DNA of 43,082 nt from Promethearchaeota archaeon (GTDB taxonomy: Archaea; Asgardarchaeota; Lokiarchaeia; Sigyniarchaeales; SOKP01): assembly GCA_048938025.1 (NCBI GenBank), contig JBHLMP010000033.1, forward strand, positions 1-43,082. The letters run 5' to 3'. Under the pieces are notes generated by a model. The model did not search any database. It was not told the DNA's origin and saw nothing but the letters and a program-made list of their open reading frames with translations. The translations under genes and the position numbers were made by a program. Below are positions 19,265 through 28,504 of the stretch, piece by piece. Numbering within the stretch: the stretch's first letter is position 1; each line of letters begins with the position of its first letter.

Positions 19265-20737
19265 ATGATAGATCAGCCAAACTTAGAAAATGTTGAAGTT
19301 GCAATAATTAAGGGAAATACTCCAAAAGAGGGTGTTCTGGAAGGAATTGAGAAACTTGGTGGAATCTCCAAATTTATTAATAAAGGAGATCAAGTTTTCA
19401 TTAAATTTAATTTAAATTTACCTCATGGATTTCCAACAAATACTAATTTTAACGTATTAAAGGCATTAATTAAATCTTGTAAGAAAGCAGGGGCTAACAA
19501 AATCTACTTGGGAAGTTTTCCAGTTAAAGGTTTTTCAATTTATGCAATTTCAAATTTATTAAAGCTTCATAATTATTTTGAAACTCTTGGAGCAGAATTA
19601 GTATATTTAGATAATAGTAACTATTATAACCAGAAAGGAATAAAACCAGATAAATTAAAAGAAATTAAGGAAAAATCGTTTTCAAAGGTTGAAGTATATA
19701 ACAATGAAATAAAATTTCCAAACATAGTCCTTAATTCAGATAAATTAATATTAGTAAATCAAGTTAATGTGGAGCCTTTATTCAAATGTAATTTATCAAT
19801 ATTAAATTACTATTCAATCATTCCAAATGCATATCAGGAAATTGAAAAAAATGTACGAGCAGGAAAGGATTATTTATTTCTTGATCAATACAAACAAGAT
19901 TTAGTTTCTAAAATTATTGACATTTCTACAATAAAAAAACCCGATTTAGTAATAAATGATTTATTTTATATAATGGAAGAAGCTGGTCCGTATATTTATA
20001 AGGATTCAAAACTAAAAACTACAGGTTTAATTATTGTTGGTAATGATCCTATAGCTGTTGATTTAATTACACTAAATCTAATGAATATTAATAAGGTTGA
20101 TAGTAAACTAATTTTGGAAGCTCAAAATAAAAAAGTAGGTATTACAGATATTTCAAAATTAAATCTCTTGGGAGAAAGATTCGAAGATAATAGAATAAAT
20201 GTTTCTTTATGTGCATCGAAGCTTGAAAACATTAAAACACCAAATTTTTCAATTAGATCAGGCAGTTTTTGTTCAGGATGTTCAAAACAGGCTTATCATT
20301 TTTTAAATTTTATAAAAATGCATATGAGAAAAGATGTAAAATATAATCCAAAAAATTCGTTTTTGATTGGGGAAAATCCCTTAGATCCAGAACATTTTGA
20401 ACATATTATTCTATTTGGAGATTGTTGTATTAATAGCACAAAAAATCGTAGTTTTAGAAAAGTTATAAAGAAATCTCATAAAAATGTAGCAAATGAATCA
20501 AAGCAGAAAAAATTTAAAAAAGTAAAATCCACCAAAAAGGGAAAAACTAAGGTAAAATTAAATAAAAAAATATTGGAATTGCCAGGATGCCCACCCGACA
20601 TATTTAGCTCCTTAGAACTATTACTAAAATATTATGGAAAAAAAAATTCTCCAAATTTAAAGTTAATTAGTGAAATGATAAAATCATGGAGACCTCAACA
20701 AACTAAAGAAAAATTAGAGTTATGGGAGGCGCTCTAA
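19265..20737 (+). CDS. DUF362-domain Fe-S protein
   Basis: LGGISKFI..GDQVFIKFN, DPIAVD; C-terminal CSGC, GDCC, PGCPP. Confidence 0.8.
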   Translation: MIDQPNLENVEVAIIKGNTPKEGVLEGIEKLGGISKFINKGDQVFIKFNLNLPHGFPTNTNFNVLKALIKSCKKAGANKIYLGSFPVKGFSIYAISNLLKLHNYFETLGAELVYLDNSNYYNQKGIKPDKLKEIKEKSFSKVEVYNNEIKFPNIVLNSDKLILVNQVNVEPLFKCNLSILNYYSIIPNAYQEIEKNVRAGKDYLFLDQYKQDLVSKIIDISTIKKPDLVINDLFYIMEEAGPYIYKDSKLKTTGLIIVGNDPIAVDLITLNLMNINKVDSKLILEAQNKKVGITDISKLNLLGERFEDNRINVSLCASKLENIKTPNFSIRSGSFCSGCSKQAYHFLNFIKMHMRKDVKYNPKNSFLIGENPLDPEHFEHIILFGDCCINSTKNRSFRKVIKKSHKNVANESKQKKFKKVKSTKKGKTKVKLNKKILELPGCPPDIFSSLELLLKYYGKKNSPNLKLISEMIKSWRPQQTKEKLELWEAL

Positions 20738-20738
20738 A

Positions 20739-22322
20739 ATGAGAATCAATGAAAAATTCAAAAACAACTGGAAAAAAATCATTGATTTTAATTCTAAAGC
20801 AAATATTGTAGAAGATATCAAGGGGTTAAAAGAAATTGTTAGAATTCCCTTAACACCTATAAATCTAGAAGCGAATATTTTATATTATTTACACGAAACT
20901 CTTTATCCAAAATTTATAACTGATCAGCAAAATATACTTGACCTTATTATCTCTGAAGAAGATATTAAGAATAGAACGTTAGGAATATATTTATATCCTA
21001 CAAAAAAAGCTGGTATACATGAAAAAATTGAAAAATTACCTATAGATATCATTAAAATTAAAGAAAAAGATTTTGATGATTTTGATGAGTTATTTACAAA
21101 CCTTCAAAAAACTATATTGAAAAAAAAGGCAATAAAGATATCAAGCTTTCGATTATTTAAGAAAACTGCAATAGATTTATTAAATAAGTATTGTGAACAT
21201 ATTGAAACGCTTTCAAATTATGAGTTTATAAAGAGATTTTTAGATTTAATTCAGGATTTAATAGAGAATGATTTATTTTATATATTTCCTGAACCCAATA
21301 TTTATAGATTTTTAAAAAAAATTATAACACTATTGAATGGAATTAAATTATCCAAAATTTTTGAATTAATTACCGAATTTACCCCTGTTTTTAATCTTTT
21401 GTTTATTCTTAATTCTAAAAATTTAGTATTAACTTCTCAAATACAAAAAAAGATTTCTAAAACAAATATCTCAGAGATTTTATTAAAAATAGATAAGCTT
21501 GATGAATTTAGAGATAATGAAGATCCTCCAAATATTCATGATACAATGATGCAAAATAAACTAAAATTTAAAGTTGATAATGTAATATACTTAAGCCAAA
21601 ATGATATTTTGTCTTTTTTTTCAGAGTTATTCGATTTAGAAATCCCATTGAATAAGGATAGTATAAATCTTATTGCTCAAAAAGTTTTATTTGGATATAG
21701 ACGATTTGAAGATCGTTGGAATATTGCTCCACGACCAACTATTTATAATAACCTTAGAAGATTCATATTTAGACTTTTTGGCTTTAATTTGAATCTTAAA
21801 AAAATCTCATATTGGACAATTCCTGAATTGCTCTCTAATTGTATTAATGTCTACTTTGGATTAAATTCTAAGGTTTTAGTTTTCTTAACTAATATTCAAA
21901 ACTATAAAAACTTAAATTTAAAGACAATAGATTATCTAAAAGTTGCTTCAGAAAATATATTCTTATTAGAAATTGAGGATAGTTCCTTGACGAAAGTAAT
22001 CCCAATTAAAAGATCTAATCTTTTTTCTAGTAAAATTGAATCTCTTGAACTAATAAGATCAAAGATTTCTGAAACTTATGGCTTTATATCATCAATTTTA
22101 ATAATTGATAAATATCTGATGATGAAATTTTTAGAGCTATTTGTTTTTAAATTAACTAAATTTTCTCCTATTAAAAAATTAAAAATATTAAAACTATTTA
22201 AACAAAAATCCTATTTCAATATGTATCCAGAGCTTCCAATTTATAGATTGTTCCAACAAAAAGGAATTATTTCATTTTTAAGATTAATATTGCCCGTTTT
22301 GATTGATAAACATGAATTTTAA
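20739..22322 (+). CDS. Hypothetical protein, coupled to the DUF362 gene
   Basis: 527-aa ORF starting 2 nt after upstream stop, GGAGG RBS. Confidence 0.7.
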   Translation: MRINEKFKNNWKKIIDFNSKANIVEDIKGLKEIVRIPLTPINLEANILYYLHETLYPKFITDQQNILDLIISEEDIKNRTLGIYLYPTKKAGIHEKIEKLPIDIIKIKEKDFDDFDELFTNLQKTILKKKAIKISSFRLFKKTAIDLLNKYCEHIETLSNYEFIKRFLDLIQDLIENDLFYIFPEPNIYRFLKKIITLLNGIKLSKIFELITEFTPVFNLLFILNSKNLVLTSQIQKKISKTNISEILLKIDKLDEFRDNEDPPNIHDTMMQNKLKFKVDNVIYLSQNDILSFFSELFDLEIPLNKDSINLIAQKVLFGYRRFEDRWNIAPRPTIYNNLRRFIFRLFGFNLNLKKISYWTIPELLSNCINVYFGLNSKVLVFLTNIQNYKNLNLKTIDYLKVASENIFLLEIEDSSLTKVIPIKRSNLFSSKIESLELIRSKISETYGFISSILIIDKYLMMKFLELFVFKLTKFSPIKKLKILKLFKQKSYFNMYPELPIYRLFQQKGIISFLRLILPVLIDKHEF

Positions 22323-22371
22323 TGACAATTCATGTTTTTGATTCATTTATCCTGAAAAAAATAATAATAAC

Positions 22372-23463
22372 TTATTTAATAAATCCTTTAGCTACTAGAA
22401 GTTCTGCATTTAGTATAGCACCACCAGCAGCTCCTCGTACAGTATTATGACTTAAAGCTACAAATTTAATATCCATTACATTATCCTTTCTTAATCTACC
22501 TATTGTCACAGCCATACCTTTGTCATTATCTCTATCTTTTTTAGGTTGCGGCCTATCTATATCTTCTAAGTAAATAATTGGTTGTTTTGGAGCAAATGGT
22601 AAGTTTAGTTCTTGAGGAACTGATTTGAATTCTTTCCAAATTTTCAAAATTTCTTCTATTGTTGGTTTTTTATCTTTGAATTTTAAATTTATACAAGCAA
22701 TATGACCATCAGTAACAGGAACACGAGTACATGTTGTACTAATTTGAATCGAATCACTATTGATTATTCCATTATCAGCGACTGTTCCTAATATTTTCAA
22801 AGGTTCTTTTTCAGATTTTTCTTCCTCGCCATTAATATAGGGAATAACATTATCAATAATATCTAAAGATGATACTCCTGGATAACCTGCTCCTGAGACC
22901 GCTTGTAAAGTAGTTACTATCAACTTTTCTACCTTATATCCTGCTTTTTCTAAAGCATAAATAGGAGTCATATAACTTTGAACTGAACAGTTTGGTTTGA
23001 CAGAAACAAAGCCCTTAGAAAAGCTTCTCCTTTTCTGCTGAATAGGAATAACATTAATATGATCGTAATTAATTTCGCCAATAATCATAGGTACATCAGG
23101 AGTCCATCTATGAGCAGAATTATTTGATATCACTACAATTCCCTTTTCAGCATATTTAAATTCGAGCTCTTTAATTTTCTCCTTAGTGGGCATTGTTATA
23201 GCAGAAAACATTAAATTAACTCCTGGAGGGATAGATTCGAAATCTTGGACATCTCTTACCATTAAATCCTTGATATCAGATGGTATTGATATTGGCATTT
23301 GCCACTTGGTCTTTACAGCTTCTTCATATTTCTTTCCTGCTGATTTTGGAGATGCAGCAACGTCTATTATTTGAAACCAAGGATGATTTTGTAATAACTT
23401 TATATAATTCTGACCTACTAAACCTGTGGCTCCTAAGATTCCTATAGGCATCTTTTGCTTCAT
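22372..23463 (-). CDS. asd: Aspartate-semialdehyde dehydrogenase
   Basis: GATGLVGQ, PNCS, QAVSGAG, RVPVTDGH, HNTVRGAAGGAILNAE. Confidence 0.96.
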   Translation of the reverse strand: MKQKMPIGILGATGLVGQNYIKLLQNHPWFQIIDVAASPKSAGKKYEEAVKTKWQMPISIPSDIKDLMVRDVQDFESIPPGVNLMFSAITMPTKEKIKELEFKYAEKGIVVISNNSAHRWTPDVPMIIGEINYDHINVIPIQQKRRSFSKGFVSVKPNCSVQSYMTPIYALEKAGYKVEKLIVTTLQAVSGAGYPGVSSLDIIDNVIPYINGEEEKSEKEPLKILGTVADNGIINSDSIQISTTCTRVPVTDGHIACINLKFKDKKPTIEEILKIWKEFKSVPQELNLPFAPKQPIIYLEDIDRPQPKKDRDNDKGMAVTIGRLRKDNVMDIKFVALSHNTVRGAAGGAILNAELLVAKGFIK

Positions 23464-23690
23464 TTAAGATCAACCTGTTAAATTTTATGTTTTAATTTTT
23501 AATGAGTTAATATTAAATAACTTTTAGATTTTTACCTAAATATACTTCGAGCTTTTCTTTGAAATTTTAAACCATCATCATTTTATTAAGTTTTTAATTA
23601 TTGGAAACGTTATTGTGTATCAGATTAGTGAATTTATCTGATTAAAAAATTAAAATGTTATTTATAATAAATTTTTAGAAGTGAAATTTT

Positions 23691-24221
23691 GTGCACAACT
23701 ATCATGATAATTTAGAAGAAGAAGCAGAAAAGTTAGAAAGTCAATCTAAAGAAGAATTCAATAAAAAAAATTATACAATAGCAATTTCTCTTTTAAATGA
23801 AGCAAAAGAAGTTTACAAACAATTGGGATATGGAGGAAAAGTAGGAATCATTCAAAAACGGATTTCCCAAATGAAGAATCTTATGGTATTTGAAAAACAG
23901 GATACATATCTTAAAACTAAAAATGAAGCACAATTTCAACAACGCATTGATGAAGTATTAACTGAAAAGAAAAGATATGAAAATAAACAAATAGAGTCTT
24001 TAAAAGAAATTCCACTCCAAATACAAGGAAAACTTGAAAAAATAAATTTATTAAAAGACAAAGCAGAAAAAGAATTAAAATTAGGTAGAATTGAAAGAGT
24101 TAAAGGAAGATATGAATATATTATAGAGTTATATAAATCTATTCCTAAAAGTATATTAAACTCATCATTTGAGATCTTAGAAATTGAAAGAATACTATCA
24201 TCTTTAGGAGATAAAAAATAA
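23691..24221 (+). CDS. Helical (TPR/MIT-like) hypothetical protein
   Basis: Helical hairpin pattern AEKLE...NYTIAISLLNEAKEVYKQLG. Confidence 0.65.
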   Translation: MHNYHDNLEEEAEKLESQSKEEFNKKNYTIAISLLNEAKEVYKQLGYGGKVGIIQKRISQMKNLMVFEKQDTYLKTKNEAQFQQRIDEVLTEKKRYENKQIESLKEIPLQIQGKLEKINLLKDKAEKELKLGRIERVKGRYEYIIELYKSIPKSILNSSFEILEIERILSSLGDKK

Positions 24222-24269
24222 AATTTAATCATTCATTTTAAAATATAATTAGCTAATTCTTGAGATTAT

Positions 24270-25310
24270 ATGAAAAATCCGTTTAATCGCTTTTATCACG
24301 TGCCAAACTCCCAGGAATTATTAGATATAGCCTTTAAAAGAGGGATGAAAAGCTCTGCTCAAGTCTCAAAAAATGCTCCTATACTAATTAAGGCAAAAAA
24401 AAAAGAATCAAAGCGTATAAAGGTTACAATTGAGGATTTAATTGACAGGATTCTTAATATAATAAAAATGGTTCCAATTATGGACGATCTTCCAGATTTT
24501 TACAGAGAATTAGCTTCACTTTTAGTTAATACAAATAATTTAAAATTAGCATTAGGTAAATTAAATGGAATTTTACCTGTTCTAAGGCAAATTGAAAGAG
24601 AGTATACCAGTAAATTAAGCAAAATCGAAATACCTAAAGAAGGAGATCAATTGCGAAGAGCTGCTTTTGGAAGAATATCTTCAATTATTAATAAACAAAA
24701 CAAAAATCTTATTTATTTGAATAGCATAAGAGGAAACTTAAGAGAAATTCCTTCAATTGATCCCACTTCACCTTGTGTTGTTTTTGCAGGATATCCTAAT
24801 GTAGGAAAAAGTAGTCTTGTAAAAAATATTTCTACTAATAAAAAAATTGAAGTTCAAGAATACCCGTTTACTACAAAAAAATTAATATTAGGCCATTTAG
24901 AAATTAAAAGAAAATTTGATCAAATTAAATTGCAATGCTTAGATACTCCAGGAATTTTGGATCGTCCAATGACATTAAGGAATAATATTGAATTACAAGC
25001 AATTTTGGCATTAAGATTGATCTCTGATTTTATAATCTTTGTTTTTGATCCTACTCCTGCGTGTGGTTATTCAATTAATTCTCAAATAGAATTGTATTAT
25101 GAAATTAAATCTAATTTCACTAGAGATGGAAAAGTAAATCTTCTAATAGTAATAAATAAAATAGATTTAGCAAGTCCTTCAGAAATAGAATATTTAAAGA
25201 AAGAGTTACAATTACAGGAAGAGGACTATTTTTTAACTAATGCTTTAACAGGAGAAAATCTTGATCAACTAATAACTTATTTAAAAAATAGATACACTGA
25301 TACGAATTGA
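24270..25310 (+). CDS. NOG1-family GTPase
   Basis: GYPNVGKSS, YPFTT, DTPGILDRP, RNNIE, NKID. Confidence 0.92.
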   Translation: MKNPFNRFYHVPNSQELLDIAFKRGMKSSAQVSKNAPILIKAKKKESKRIKVTIEDLIDRILNIIKMVPIMDDLPDFYRELASLLVNTNNLKLALGKLNGILPVLRQIEREYTSKLSKIEIPKEGDQLRRAAFGRISSIINKQNKNLIYLNSIRGNLREIPSIDPTSPCVVFAGYPNVGKSSLVKNISTNKKIEVQEYPFTTKKLILGHLEIKRKFDQIKLQCLDTPGILDRPMTLRNNIELQAILALRLISDFIIFVFDPTPACGYSINSQIELYYEIKSNFTRDGKVNLLIVINKIDLASPSEIEYLKKELQLQEEDYFLTNALTGENLDQLITYLKNRYTDTN

Positions 25311-25317
25311 TATAATA

Positions 25318-26403
25318 ATGGAAAAATCTGATGTATATATTTTAGGGCTAGATATTGGAGGTGCTAATACCAAAGCGGCTCTGATTAAGTTTGAAAATTC
25401 AAAAGTAGTAAAATCATTATCCTATATTGAATATTTTCCTTTTTGGGAAAAAACTCTAAAAGAAATTCCTGAGATGTTAAAGAGAATAAATAGCAATATT
25501 TTAGTAAAATATAATTTAAAACTAAATAATGTAGATTATATTGCTATTACTATTACAGCAGAGCTTTCAGATGCATTTCAAACTAAACGTGAAGGAATAA
25601 AAACTATATTAAATGCATTAGAACAAGTTTTTAATACTAAAAAGCTATTCTTTATTAGCATTAATAACAAATTCATCAACTATGAACAAGCAAGAGAGGA
25701 AAATTTATTAATTGCTGCAGCAAATTGGGTATCAACTGCATTATTCTTAGGAAAATTTATACAAAAATGTATTTTAATAGATTCAGGCTCCACTACGATT
25801 GATCTTATCCCTATTTTGAATTCAATACCCTTTACTAAAGGTAAAAATGATGTAGAAAGATTAATAAATCATGAACTAATTTATACAGGAGGTTTAAGAG
25901 CAACAATCCCTTCCATTACCCATTTTGTTCCATATAAAAGTAAAAATGTTAGGATTTCATTTGAAAAATTTGCATTAATTTCTGATATCCATAGAATTCT
26001 AAATAATATTTCTCAAGAAGAATATATTAATGATACTGCCGATGGCCGTTCTAAGTCTTTAGAAGATTGTTATGCGCGATTAGCTAGAATTCTTTGTATG
26101 GATGTAGAAACTATTTCTCGTGAAGATTTGAATATTATTGCTAAATACATTTATGATAAGCAATTAGAAATAATATCAACTGAAATTCAAGAATTTATGA
26201 AGGAATTAATAGTTAGATTACCCGAATTTAAACAAAATCCTCAATTTGTTATAACAGGGTTTTCAGCTCACTTTTTAATAAGAAGAGCTTTAGAAAGACT
26301 TGGATATAATAAAATTCTAACCTATGAAAGTATCACTAAAATCCCTGATCATATTAGTTCCTCTGCTTTCGCTGTTGCAGGAGCATTTTATTCTCAATTA
26401 TAG
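25318..26403 (+). CDS. mfnF: Hydantoinase/oxoprolinase-family methanofuran biosynthesis protein
   Basis: GLDIGGANTK, TAELSDAF, AANW, DSGSTTIDLIP, ELIYTGGLR, DTADGR. Confidence 0.82.
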   Translation: MEKSDVYILGLDIGGANTKAALIKFENSKVVKSLSYIEYFPFWEKTLKEIPEMLKRINSNILVKYNLKLNNVDYIAITITAELSDAFQTKREGIKTILNALEQVFNTKKLFFISINNKFINYEQAREENLLIAAANWVSTALFLGKFIQKCILIDSGSTTIDLIPILNSIPFTKGKNDVERLINHELIYTGGLRATIPSITHFVPYKSKNVRISFEKFALISDIHRILNNISQEEYINDTADGRSKSLEDCYARLARILCMDVETISREDLNIIAKYIYDKQLEIISTEIQEFMKELIVRLPEFKQNPQFVITGFSAHFLIRRALERLGYNKILTYESITKIPDHISSSAFAVAGAFYSQL

Positions 26404-26416
26404 GATTTAGTAAAAA

Positions 26417-27145
26417 ATGACAAAAGATACAGCTGTTTTTAAAATTGGAGGTAAAATTTTAGATAATAGCAAAAATCTAATTAATACAATTTCTCAATTA
26501 ACTCAACTATTTGAAGATAAGATTATTAAAAAGCTAATTTTAATCGCTGGTGGAGGATATTTAGCAAATTTTGTAAGAAGTATATATAAAGAATTTAAAA
26601 TTAATGATGATCTCGCTCATTGGATAGCTATTTACTCTATGGATTATAATGGAATAGAATTAAAAAGAAAATTTCCTCACTTAAAACTCTATGATAATTA
26701 TGAAAAAATAGAACAAGAGGATAGAGGAATGTTTATATTTTTACCTTACAAGTGCCTGAAAAAATTTGATGAATTACTACATACTTGGGATGTTACCTCG
26801 GATTCAATTTCACTATACCTCACTAAAAAGCTTGGCTCGAATAAGTGTTTTTTAATTAAAGATATAGAAGGAATTTTGGATTCTAATCACAACATTATAA
26901 AAGAAATTTCATCTGTAGAGTTTAGACAATTTAAAAAAGAGGGTAAAATAGAAAATATATATTCAGAGGATTTAGAAATAAAAGACAAAACAAAGCCAAT
27001 TGATCCCTATCTTTTAACTCTTATAGAAAAATATAAAATTCCATGTATTATATTAAATGGTGCAAATCCAGAACCTAGAATTTTTAATTACTTTAAATTT
27101 CCAAACCTACCAGATAAAGTATTTACAAAACTATATTCAATTTAA
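26417..27145 (+). CDS. mfnE: Amino-acid-kinase-family methanofuran kinase
   Basis: KIGG, GGG..AN.VR, AHWIAIYSMD, HTWDVTSDSI; adjacent to mfnF. Confidence 0.78.
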   Translation: MTKDTAVFKIGGKILDNSKNLINTISQLTQLFEDKIIKKLILIAGGGYLANFVRSIYKEFKINDDLAHWIAIYSMDYNGIELKRKFPHLKLYDNYEKIEQEDRGMFIFLPYKCLKKFDELLHTWDVTSDSISLYLTKKLGSNKCFLIKDIEGILDSNHNIIKEISSVEFRQFKKEGKIENIYSEDLEIKDKTKPIDPYLLTLIEKYKIPCIILNGANPEPRIFNYFKFPNLPDKVFTKLYSI

Positions 27146-27169
27146 CTAATAATTAAAGTTTTAATTAAA

Positions 27170-27739
27170 TTGAACCTAAATTATATTTATAATAATTTTC
27201 AAAATCGATTTGTATTAATTAGTGATATTAAAATGAATGAAAAAGAAAATGAAATGAAAAAGAATGCTGAATTTCTTATTAAGACGTTAAGGGATATGGA
27301 TATTCCTGGTAGCGCAAGATTTAAATGTAGATACAATAAAATGGTTAATTTTGCTAAAATCTACGGGATTTCAGATCCAAAATATGTTGGACCCGAAGAA
27401 GAAGGGATTATCGCATGTCATGGGTATGCAAATTCATTCGCAGTAAATGCCTTCTATATCCTTGTGCCAGGTATAAAAATGACACAAAATGGAGAAGAAC
27501 GCCCCATGGTTTTGAACCCAAATAAATTACTTCATGCTGGAAATAAATATAATTGGGAAGGATGTGTTGATATTAAAAATGGAGATAAATTAACGTCAAC
27601 AGGTAAGATATCCAAGGTGTGGTTAGTTGAACAAAATATGATTTTGTTTGCTGAATTATTATTGACTGTCAAAAACCAAAATGATGAATTGGTGTGCAAA
27701 GTTATATCTAGCGCAGCAATCAGACCTGGAGGTTATTAA
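27170..27739 (+). CDS. MaoC/hotdog dehydratase, HadA-like subunit
   Basis: FA..G..DP.Y, LLHAG..Y; likely start at ATG 27233. Confidence 0.72.
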   Translation: MNLNYIYNNFQNRFVLISDIKMNEKENEMKKNAEFLIKTLRDMDIPGSARFKCRYNKMVNFAKIYGISDPKYVGPEEEGIIACHGYANSFAVNAFYILVPGIKMTQNGEERPMVLNPNKLLHAGNKYNWEGCVDIKNGDKLTSTGKISKVWLVEQNMILFAELLLTVKNQNDELVCKVISSAAIRPGGY

Positions 27740-27742
27740 AAA

Positions 27743-28291
27743 ATGGTAAAAATATCAGATTTAAATGTTGGACAAGTTATAAAAAATGAATTTAGTGGCA
27801 TTACACGAGATTTATTAAAACAATATGCTAAAGCTAGCGGAGATACAAACCCTATTCATACAAATGATGCTATTGCCGAGAGAGCTGGACTCAAAGGAGT
27901 GATTGCTCATGGATTATTTTCATTTGGCTTTATTACTAAATTATTTGAAGATTTTCTAGAACAAGGTAAATATGGGAAGATAAATGAGATAGGAGTTGAG
28001 ATGCGCGCAATGGTTCGGTGCGGTGACAGACTTATAACTAATGCTAATATTACTAAAATTGAAGGAAAAAAGGTTTATTTTGACGTAGAACAAACAACTA
28101 TTACTAACGTTGATATTAAAGATAACAATGGAAATTTAGTAAAAAAATTTGAAGCAGGAGAACGTGGATATATTTCAGAAAAGGATATTGCTCGAGGGTT
28201 TGTTAAAACCAAAGAAGTTGAAGAAGGAATTCTAACATATAGAGAAAGAGTAGCAACACCAGGAACAGCAGTTGTTGAGTTATTTGAATAA
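27743..28291 (+). CDS. MaoC-family (R)-hydratase/dehydratase, catalytic HadB-like subunit
   Basis: Hydratase-2 motif YAKASGDTNPIH...IAHG. Confidence 0.87.
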   Translation: MVKISDLNVGQVIKNEFSGITRDLLKQYAKASGDTNPIHTNDAIAERAGLKGVIAHGLFSFGFITKLFEDFLEQGKYGKINEIGVEMRAMVRCGDRLITNANITKIEGKKVYFDVEQTTITNVDIKDNNGNLVKKFEAGERGYISEKDIARGFVKTKEVEEGILTYRERVATPGTAVVELFE

Positions 28292-28504
28292 ATTTTTCTC
28301 TAATATTATAATTTAAATTTTTTTTTTCTATAACTTACATTTTAATTTTTTGAGTTCATAAAAGAACACATTAAAAGGGGTAAGCAATCCTTATTAGAAA
28401 TTAATTTTTTTTTTCACATAATTATTTTAAAACATATTTATATTAGTTAAACAGAAGAGATCATTGAAGAAAAAATTTTTAAAAAAAGTTCTACATCTAG
28501 CACC

